Virus record (IMG/VR): IMGVR_UViG_3300045988_002517
Strand: one strand, 5' to 3'
DNA length: 11,636 nt
From: a virus
A program made the translations under genes and the position numbers. The first letter of the stretch is position 1. Each line of letters opens with the position of its first letter. The notes under the pieces were generated by a model. The model saw nothing but the letters and a program-made list of their open reading frames with translations, was not told the DNA's origin and did no database searches. This document shows, in pieces, positions 1 to 5,565 of this stretch.

Positions 1-62
1 GGTACGCTACTGACCCTTTTTTAACGTTTCCCAACGCATTTTTAACATTTGCAAACATTTTG

Positions 63-78
63 TGGCACGGTTTTTGCT
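63..78 (+). promoter_or_regulatory. Sigma-54-type -24/-12 consensus match, copy 1 (inward facing)
   Basis: TGGCACGGTTTTTGCT fits TGGCAC-N5-TTGC-W exactly. The GG and GC dinucleotides have the canonical 12-nt offset. Function as a promoter is not demonstrated. Confidence 0.4.
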
Positions 79-120
79 GGGTCGCCACTTTACCGTTTTT
101 TAACATTTCGCAACCCACTT

Positions 121-136
121 TGGCACGGTTTTTGCT
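121..136 (+). promoter_or_regulatory. Sigma-54-type -24/-12 consensus match, copy 2 (inward facing)
   Basis: Identical 16-mer TGGCACGGTTTTTGCT, preceded by ACTT. Confidence 0.4.
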
Positions 137-168
137 AAGGCACAGATTTAACAAAAGATAACAGACTT

Positions 169-184
169 TGGCACGGTTTTTGTT
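169..184 (+). promoter_or_regulatory. Sigma-54-like motif, copy 3 (degenerate -12: TTGT)
   Basis: TGGCACGGTTTTTGTT. It sits in the loop between 8-bp inverted repeats TAACAAAA (148-155) and TTTTGTTA (178-185). Confidence 0.3.
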
Positions 185-197
185 ATGCGTGTGCGCC

Positions 198-222
198 CGT
201 GAAATTGTTTCACGTGGAACAC
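198..222. promoter_or_regulatory. Nested palindromic operator-like element at the inner edge of ITR-L
   Basis: CGTGAAA-TTG-TTTCACG (7-bp arms) overlaps the 17-mer TGTTTCACGTGGAACAC. Its 16-nt core TGTTTCACGTGGAACA is 14/16 self-complementary around CACGTG. Confidence 0.55.
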
Positions 223-247
223 TGACACACCGCAACACGAAATAAAA

Positions 248-264
248 TGTTTCACGTGGAACAC
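248..264. promoter_or_regulatory. Second exact copy of the 17-mer TGTTTCACGTGGAACAC, outside the ITR
   Basis: Exact 17/17 repeat of 206-222, 42 bp downstream. It is unique to the left end. Confidence 0.55.
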
Positions 265-336
265 AACACCAAGAGTTAAGAAAAGTTAAAACGAAAATAA
301 TTTGTGCGCTTATGCTTGTATGTTAGAAAAATGTTG

Positions 337-344
337 TATCTTTG
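337..344 (+). promoter_or_regulatory. Bacteroidota-type -7 promoter box (TATCTTTG) for the left early genes
   Basis: TAtcTTTG matches TAnnTTTG. It is part of the 10-mer TATCTTTGCA that recurs at 5617 and 7482. A TTG lies at 315-317 with a 19-bp spacer as a possible -33 element. Confidence 0.55.
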
Positions 345-371
345 CAGTGTTCAATTAAACGATTTGAAAAT

Positions 372-602
372 ATGAAAGAGTTACTACAACATTTCAGAGA
401 GCAACCGAAAGAAGCAATTAAAGAGGTTGCAATGTGTTTGGCAATTTTTGCCGTGTGTGGTGCTATGTTGTTTTTGTCTGCAATTTTGCAGGGGTGTAGC
501 GTGACACGCCACACCGCAAGCAGTGGAAAGGCAACGATAATAACAACCGATACCACGTACATTTACCACGGCGGTACGGTTAAGTTTCCAAAGACAAAAT
601 AA
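372..602 (+). CDS. Small predicted lipoprotein (76 aa from ATG 372; the track ORF starts at 342)
   Basis: The hydrophobic stretch AMCLAIFAVCGAMLFLSAIL is followed by QGC, a lipobox-like LQGC. The mature part is Thr- and beta-rich. ATG 342 lies inside the predicted -7 box, so 372 is the more likely start. Confidence 0.6.
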   Translation: MKELLQHFREQPKEAIKEVAMCLAIFAVCGAMLFLSAILQGCSVTRHTASSGKATIITTDTTYIYHGGTVKFPKTK

Positions 603-627
603 GTTTAACAATTAAAAGTTTACTACA

Positions 628-840
628 ATGGAAGAAAAAAGAAACGCATTTGACGAATTTTCGTTTGCCGCTTTGTCGGCGTTGGGTAGCCTTATGGCGT
701 GTAATGAAGTTTGCCGCAACCAACGTGCGGTTATGAAAATAAACCGCTTTCGTGCGTGGCTTATGGACTTGAAGCCGCAAGACAACCCAGAACCGAATTT
801 GCCGTTTGACGGCGAACCGCAAGGACAGACAGCCGAATAA
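628..840 (+). CDS. Hypothetical 70-aa early protein, copy 1 (acidic, Pro-rich C-terminus)
   Basis: Intact ORF with a conserved AT-rich leader. It sits upstream of the SSB-like gene, which is the position of the dsDNA-binding protein gene 6 in phi29. No motif recognised. Confidence 0.6.
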   Translation: MEEKRNAFDEFSFAALSALGSLMACNEVCRNQRAVMKINRFRAWLMDLKPQDNPEPNLPFDGEPQGQTAE

Positions 841-875
841 TTAACAACAAGTTTAACAATTAAAAGTTTACTACA

Positions 876-1088
876 ATGGAAGAAAAAAGAAACGCATTTG
901 ACGAATTTTCGTTTGCCGCTTTGTCGGCGTTGGGTAGCCTTATGGCGTGTAATGAAGTTTGCCGCAACCAACGTGCGGTTATGAAAATAAACCGCTTTCG
1001 TGCGTGGCTTATGGACTTGAAGCCGCAAGACAACCCAGAACCGAATTTGCCGTTTGACGGCGAACCGCAAGGACAGACAGCCGAATAA
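876..1088 (+). CDS. Hypothetical 70-aa early protein, copy 2 (identical)
   Basis: Identical to 628..840 at the nucleotide level. Confidence 0.6.
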   Translation: MEEKRNAFDEFSFAALSALGSLMACNEVCRNQRAVMKINRFRAWLMDLKPQDNPEPNLPFDGEPQGQTAE

Positions 1089-1123
1089 TTAACAACAAGT
1101 TTAACAATTAAAAGATTACTACA

Positions 1124-1480
1124 ATGAAAAGTTTTGCAAGCAAGTTTAACAAGACAACTTTCGGTATTGACACAACCGATTTTCAGTACACCAAGTTAGC
1201 CGATATTTTCAACTCTGAGAATGAGGGCGGCAAAGATGTGGTACACAAAATCAATGGGCTTTATGTCCACAAATCACAATTAGGCGACAGCCCCGTAATT
1301 ATTGATGAGGAAAACAAACGGTTGGTGAACCTACCAAGCCACACCGCCGAAACGGTACGTGAAATTTTAGCCGATGATGAGGCGGTACAAACTATCAAAG
1401 ACGGCAAAGTTGGGTACACGATTTACGAGTATGAGAGCCACGGCAAGAAGTGTTACTCTATTTCGTTTGTGGATTTGTAA
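1124..1480 (+). CDS. Putative phi29 gp5-like single-stranded DNA-binding protein (118 aa)
   Basis: The size (118 versus about 124 aa) and the position just before the terminal protein and polymerase genes match phi29 gp5. The C-terminal pattern SHTAETVREIL...GYTIYEYESHGKKCYSISFVDL resembles SKTVAEAASDLI...KVKVVQGTSSKGNVFFSLQLSL of phi29 gp5 as I recall it. Confidence 0.45.
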   Translation: MKSFASKFNKTTFGIDTTDFQYTKLADIFNSENEGGKDVVHKINGLYVHKSQLGDSPVIIDEENKRLVNLPSHTAETVREILADDEAVQTIKDGKVGYTIYEYESHGKKCYSISFVDL

Positions 1481-1499
1481 GAGTTTGGAAAGTTATGTT

Positions 1500-1507
1500 T
1501 AACTTTG
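1500..1507 (+). promoter_or_regulatory. Bacteroidota-type -7 box (TAACTTTG) for the replication/packaging operon
   Basis: Part of the 12-mer TGTTTAACTTTG (1496-1507), repeated exactly at 8754-8765. It lies 45 nt upstream of ATG 1552. A TTTG at 1474-1477 is a possible -33 element (22-bp spacer). Confidence 0.5.
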
Positions 1508-1508
1508 T

Positions 1509-1540
1509 AGGGGTTGCAATGTTTGTAACCCCTATTTAAT
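1509..1540 (+). terminator. Hairpin after the early gene block (10-bp stem, 5-nt loop) with a weak U-tract
   Basis: AGGGGTTGCA-ATGTT-TGTAACCCCT followed by ATTTAAT. It begins 2 nt after the TAACTTTG box. Confidence 0.4.
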
Positions 1541-1551
1541 ATAATACCGTT

Positions 1552-2205
1552 ATGACAAAGTTAGGTTTCAAGATTAAATTTACAAAGTCTGTATTTGGTG
1601 CAACCCAACGGGCGAAAATCAAAAAAGAGATTTTGCAAGCCGTGGAAAGCAGCCCCGAATATAGAAAGGAAATTGCGAGGGTTTTCCAAATGGCGAACCG
1701 CCGAATACAGAATATAGAGCAAAGCGGACAACTTTCGCCAGCCGTGCAAGCGTTAAACAAAGGCGATGTAAAAGGGTTTACCAAGTTTTCAATGAAAGGC
1801 GATTGGAACACCCTAAAAATTGAGTACGGCAAGGCGATTTCGTTTTTACGCCAGCCGACCAGTACGGCGCAAGGTGCAAGGCAGTACGGGCAACACCTGC
1901 AACGTATGTACGATTTAACGCCCGATGAGTACAACCTTATGGCGAGAAACCTTCAAGGCAAGTTAAACAGCGTTTCAGACAACGAATTTGTGGAACGGTA
2001 TTTGATGCGGTACAAGGATTTCACGGGCGAAATGGAGCAAAGCGCAAGCGATATAAGCACCCAAATAGAAAGCGAAGCGCAAAGCATATCACGGGCGATT
2101 GATGCAGAGATAGAAAGGCAGGCAAATGAGGTTGCGGACGCAATGGATGATATGCAAAACGATATAGAGCGCATTTTGAGCAACTTTGGCAAATTTGGCT
2201 TATGA
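1552..2205 (+). CDS. Putative terminal protein (protein primer), 217 aa
   Basis: Immediately upstream of, and translationally coupled to, the protein-primed polymerase (ATGA overlap at 2202-2205), as gene 3 is to gene 2 in phi29. It has a basic N-terminus (KIKFTK...RAKIKKE) and a strongly acidic helical C-terminus, matching the DNA-binding and DNA-mimicking priming domain logic of phi29 TP. I could not verify direct sequence similarity. Confidence 0.55.
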   Translation: MTKLGFKIKFTKSVFGATQRAKIKKEILQAVESSPEYRKEIARVFQMANRRIQNIEQSGQLSPAVQALNKGDVKGFTKFSMKGDWNTLKIEYGKAISFLRQPTSTAQGARQYGQHLQRMYDLTPDEYNLMARNLQGKLNSVSDNEFVERYLMRYKDFTGEMEQSASDISTQIESEAQSISRAIDAEIERQANEVADAMDDMQNDIERILSNFGKFGL

Positions 2206-4412
2206 AAAAAATACCTTTTGAGTTACAAGAAAGAATAAACAGCCCGACCGAAATAACAAGCATCCTGCAACGTGCCGTAAACGAAAAGAACATTATCGGA
2301 AACAGCAAAGGCGAAAGGTTTTACAACATACCGTGCGCCTTTGATATTGAAACAACAAGTTTTTACCGTGATACGGACGGACGGGCGTACACATACGAGC
2401 AAATGCAACGTATGCAGGACGGGAACGGGCGCAAGGCGAAATTAGAGAAAGCCGCAATAATGTACGTTTGGCAGTTTGGAATAAACGGATATACGATAAT
2501 GGGGCGCACGTGGGGCGAGTTTGTTACGATGATGCAGGAAATAACAAGCATCCTGCAATTATCCGACAAATTACGCCTTATTGTGTATGTGCATAACCTT
2601 TCTTACGAATTTCAGTTTTTACGCAAATGGTTTGAGTGGCAACGGGTTTTCAGTATTGATTTGCGCAAACCGATTTACGCAATAACAACGGGCAACATTG
2701 AGTTTCGGTGCAGTTACCTACTTTCGGGTTATTCGCTTGCAAAGTTGGGCGAGCAACTTATGAAATACAAGTGTGAAAAAGCCGTTGGCGATTTGGACTA
2801 TCATTTAATAAGACACCACGAAACGCCGCTGACTGATGCGGAAATACATTATTGCATAAACGATATTAAAGTAGTGATGTGCTACATACAAGAACGTATC
2901 GAGGAAAGCAAGGGGATAACGCACATACCGATAACAAAGACGGGGTTTGTGCGCAAGTATTGCCGTGCGCATTGTTTGCGTGAAAAAAGCGATGCAGGAA
3001 AGACCGTACCGAATTGGGATTATGTAAACCTGATGCAGGAACTACAAATTACGGGTATGAATGAATTTAATATGCTGCAACGTGCATTTGCAGGCGGTTT
3101 TACACACGCCAACGCCGAATATACAGACGAAATAATGTATGACGTGGATAGTTACGACTTTACAAGCAGTTACCCGTATGTAATGATAGCGGAAAAATAC
3201 CCGATGTCGCAAGGCGTTGCGATAACGGTCAAAAACATGGCGCAATTTGAGTTTTTAATATCGAAGTATTGTTGCGTGTTCGATATTGAGTTTACCAACA
3301 TATTTGCCAGCGAAACGCAAGACAACCCGATTTCCGCGAGCAAATGTTTTGTGAAAGAAAACCCGTGTGAGAATAACGGGCGCATTGTGGCGGCTTCAAA
3401 AATTGCGCTGACAATTACGGACGTGGATTTTAATATACTCAAGAACTTTTATACGTGGGAAAGTATGCGTGTGGGCGAAATGTATTGTTACAAGAAAGAC
3501 TATTTGCCGACCCCGTTTGTAAAGTCTATCCTACATTTGTACGAAAGCAAGACGAAATTAAAAGGAGTTGAGGGCAAAGAAGTGGAGTATTTGAACTCAA
3601 AGGAGATGCTAAACAGTTGCTACGGTATGAGTGTTACCAACCCTTTGCGTGATGAGTTTACCTATAACGGCGAATGGGATATTAACTCAATGACAGCCGA
3701 ACAAAAGCAGGAACTTTTATACAAGTACAACACCAGCAAGAACCGTTTTTTGTTTTACCCGTGGGGCATTTTCGTAACCGCATACGCACGGCGCAACCTT
3801 TTCACGGGCATACATGAAGCAAAAGACGATTACATTTACAGCGACACCGACAGCATTAAAATAATGAACGGCAAAGCGCATGAAGCGTATTTCAAGGCTT
3901 ATAATATGCAGGTGCAAATGAAATTGCGATCCGCCTGCAAGTACCACGGTTTGCCGTTTTCCCTTTGCGAGCCGCAAACGATAAAAGGCATAACCAAGAC
4001 TTTGGGCGTTTGGGACTTTGAAGGGACTTATACACGGTTTAAGACTTTGGGCGCAAAACGCTACATGGTGCAAGAACCTAACGCACTGAAAGCAAACGGA
4101 CGGGCATACGATTTCAGTTTAACCGTTTCGGGCGTGAACAAAAAAGCCGCCATTCCGTACCTTATTGAAAAGTACGGGGCTGACGGGATATTTGATGCGT
4201 TTACCAACTATTTGGATATACCGCCAGCGGCAACGGGCAAAAACATACATACGTACATAGACTACGAGATACAAGGCGAAATAACCGACTACAAAGGCAG
4301 CACGGCGCACTACAACGAACGCACGGGCGTACATTTAGAGCCGACCGGATACAGCCTTTCCCTTTCGGTTATGTACATAAACTATTTGCGAGGTATCAAA
4401 TTTAAGGACTAA
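2202..4412 (+). CDS. Protein-primed family B DNA polymerase (736 aa)
   Basis: Exo I is FDIETT (D48, E50). Exo II is HNLSYEF (N132, with E136 where Asp is usual). Exo III is YCIND (Y217, D221). The pre-motif is RAFAGGFT. Motif A is DFTSSYPY (D319), motif B is KEMLNSCYG (K467) and motif C is YSDTDS (D548, D550). KxY is AKRY (K619, Y621). Motif spacing leaves room for TPR1/TPR2-type insertions. Confidence 0.95.
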   Translation: MKKIPFELQERINSPTEITSILQRAVNEKNIIGNSKGERFYNIPCAFDIETTSFYRDTDGRAYTYEQMQRMQDGNGRKAKLEKAAIMYVWQFGINGYTIMGRTWGEFVTMMQEITSILQLSDKLRLIVYVHNLSYEFQFLRKWFEWQRVFSIDLRKPIYAITTGNIEFRCSYLLSGYSLAKLGEQLMKYKCEKAVGDLDYHLIRHHETPLTDAEIHYCINDIKVVMCYIQERIEESKGITHIPITKTGFVRKYCRAHCLREKSDAGKTVPNWDYVNLMQELQITGMNEFNMLQRAFAGGFTHANAEYTDEIMYDVDSYDFTSSYPYVMIAEKYPMSQGVAITVKNMAQFEFLISKYCCVFDIEFTNIFASETQDNPISASKCFVKENPCENNGRIVAASKIALTITDVDFNILKNFYTWESMRVGEMYCYKKDYLPTPFVKSILHLYESKTKLKGVEGKEVEYLNSKEMLNSCYGMSVTNPLRDEFTYNGEWDINSMTAEQKQELLYKYNTSKNRFLFYPWGIFVTAYARRNLFTGIHEAKDDYIYSDTDSIKIMNGKAHEAYFKAYNMQVQMKLRSACKYHGLPFSLCEPQTIKGITKTLGVWDFEGTYTRFKTLGAKRYMVQEPNALKANGRAYDFSLTVSGVNKKAAIPYLIEKYGADGIFDAFTNYLDIPPAATGKNIHTYIDYEIQGEITDYKGSTAHYNERTGVHLEPTGYSLSLSVMYINYLRGIKFKD
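2250..2558 (+). repeat. 21-bp perfect direct repeat inside the polymerase gene (2250-2270 and 2538-2558)
   Basis: GAAATAACAAGCATCCTGCAA occurs twice, 288 bp (96 codons) apart and in the same frame, encoding EITSILQ both times. Confidence 0.9.
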
Positions 4413-4424
4413 AATAATAAGAGT

Positions 4425-5555
4425 ATGACAACAAGAAAGACAAAGACAGACAAGCCGAAATTTTACGACTTGAAAGCGATTTTAAGCAAAAACGCCGATT
4501 ATAATGTTATATTTGGCGAACGGTCAAACGGCAAGACTTATGCAGCCTTAAAATATGGTTTGGAAAACTATATCAAGACGGGCAAGCAAATGGCATATAT
4601 CCGCCGTTGGCGTGAGGATTTGAGGGGTAAACGTGCCGAAAGCCTGTTTGCAAACCACACCGCAAACGGGCTTATTGAGGAACTGACAGAGGGCAAATTT
4701 AATGAAGTGTTCTATATGTCTAACAAGTGGTTTTTATCTTACTACGATGCAGAGAAAAACAAGCGGACACCCGACACAACCCCGTTTTGTTACGGGTTTT
4801 GCCTTTCAGAGCAGGAACACGAAAAAAGCAGCAGTTATCCGAATGTTACAACGATTGTGTTTGATGAGTTTTTGACACGGCGGTATTATTTGCCCGATGA
4901 GTTTATGTTGTTTATGAACCTTTTGAGTACGATAATACGCCAGCGCAACGATGTTAAAGTTTTCATGTTAGGCAACACCGTAAACAAGTTTTGCCCGTAC
5001 TTTACTGAAATGGGGTTAAAGCAAGTGCCGTTTATGGAGCAGGGAACAATAGATATTTACCGCTTTGGCGAACACGGCGCAATAGTGGCGGTTGAGTATT
5101 GCAGCACGATAGTACAACACAAAGCCAGCAACAAGTATTTTTGTTTCGATAACCAAAACTTGCAGATGATTACGGGAGGTAAGTGGGAACTTGCAGTATA
5201 TCCGCATTTGCCGTGCAAGTACAAGCCGCAAGATGTGTTGTTTGTGTATTATATCAAGTTTAACGATGTAGTGTTACAAGGCAACATTATACAAGTAGGC
5301 AACGAATGTTTCACGTACATACACGCCAAGACAACCCCGATAAAAGATGAGGAAAACAGCCTTATTTATTCGCTGGAAATGAACGGCAAACCGAACTACA
5401 AACGCAAGTTATTGAGTACGGCAAGTTATGTGGAGCAACAAGTGGCACGGCTTTTCGCAATAGACAAAGTTTTCTACCAAGATAATGAGGTTGGCGAAAT
5501 TGTGCGCAATTATTTAATTACGAGCGCAAAGACAAACATAGTTTCGTTGAAATGA
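4425..5555 (+). CDS. DNA encapsidation (packaging) ATPase, phi29 gp16 type (376 aa)
   Basis: Walker A is FGERSNGKT (G31-T38), the GxRxxGK[ST] form typical of gp16-like ATPases. Walker B is TIVFDEF (D147, E148). The size is similar to gp16. Confidence 0.85.
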   Translation: MTTRKTKTDKPKFYDLKAILSKNADYNVIFGERSNGKTYAALKYGLENYIKTGKQMAYIRRWREDLRGKRAESLFANHTANGLIEELTEGKFNEVFYMSNKWFLSYYDAEKNKRTPDTTPFCYGFCLSEQEHEKSSSYPNVTTIVFDEFLTRRYYLPDEFMLFMNLLSTIIRQRNDVKVFMLGNTVNKFCPYFTEMGLKQVPFMEQGTIDIYRFGEHGAIVAVEYCSTIVQHKASNKYFCFDNQNLQMITGGKWELAVYPHLPCKYKPQDVLFVYYIKFNDVVLQGNIIQVGNECFTYIHAKTTPIKDEENSLIYSLEMNGKPNYKRKLLSTASYVEQQVARLFAIDKVFYQDNEVGEIVRNYLITSAKTNIVSLK

Positions 5556-5565
5556 AAATTACGGG

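Larger units (their letters stand above)
36..138 (+). repeat. Two imperfect ~45-bp direct repeats inside the ITR (36-80 and 93-138, 58-bp period)
   Basis: GCATTTTTAACATTTGCAAACATTTTGTGGCACGGTTTTTGCTGG versus CGTTTTTTAACATTTCGCAACCCACTTTGGCACGGTTTTTGCTAAGG. An extra TTTTTAACGTTTCCCAAC box lies at 18-35 and an extra ACTTTGGCACGGTTTTTG box at 165-182. All are mirrored in ITR-R. Confidence 0.85.
1..224. repeat. Left inverted terminal repeat (ITR-L), 224 bp
   Basis: Reading 11636 back to 11413 on the complementary strand reproduces 1..224 base for base (GGTACGCTACTGACCC ... TTTCACGTGGAACACTG). Identity stops at 225 / 11412 (ACACACC versus TTAAACA). Confidence 0.97.
601..1126 (+). repeat. Perfect 248-bp tandem duplication (601-848 = 849-1096) plus a 30-nt partial third copy (1097-1126, 29/30)
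   Basis: The two units read identically and each contains a complete 70-aa ORF. The third partial copy is the leader AAGTTTAACAATTAAAAG(T/A)TTACTACAATG in front of ORF 1124. Confidence 0.95.

Noticed and set aside
61-184. TTGGC-containing boxes as NFI-type origin sites, by analogy with adenovirus ITRs
   Set aside because: NFI is a eukaryotic factor and needs the palindromic TTGGC-N5-GCCAA. Only half-site resemblance exists here, and the context is bacterial. The observation is kept only as part of the sigma-54 versus protein-binding-site alternatives.
225-336. A hidden small gene, tRNA or structured RNA in the 110-bp A-rich spacer between ITR-L and the first promoter
   Set aside because: There is no ORF beyond a few codons (ATG 185 stops after 5 codons). 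I saw no cloverleaf-compatible stems by eye. The only notable element is the second operator-like 17-mer, already reported.
342-371. Upstream ATG at 342 as the start of the lipoprotein ORF, as in the ORF track
   Set aside because: ATG 342 lies inside the predicted -7 promoter box (337-344), so it would not be on the transcript. ATG 372 gives a conventional charged n-region before the hydrophobic core.
612-1070. 152-aa and 80-aa minus-strand ORFs across the duplicated region
   Set aside because: They are antisense to two identical, well-supported plus-strand genes. Their length is inflated by the tandem duplication. There is no promoter or leader signal, and the composition is Arg/Phe-rich, as is typical of antisense frames.
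601-1126. Possible CRISPR array or satellite, suggested by the perfect repeats
   Set aside because: The repeat unit is 248 bp and contains a complete ORF, with no spacers between units. This is a gene duplication, not a CRISPR or short tandem array.
5306-5453. A possible vestigial ITR copy inside the ATPase gene (ATGTTTCACGT at 5306-5316 and TGGCACGGCTTTT at 5446-5458)
   Set aside because: The two motif echoes are 130 bp apart and in a different order from the ITR. They lie within a well-conserved coding frame, and no extended similarity to 1-224 is visible. They are noted as supporting motif enrichment only.
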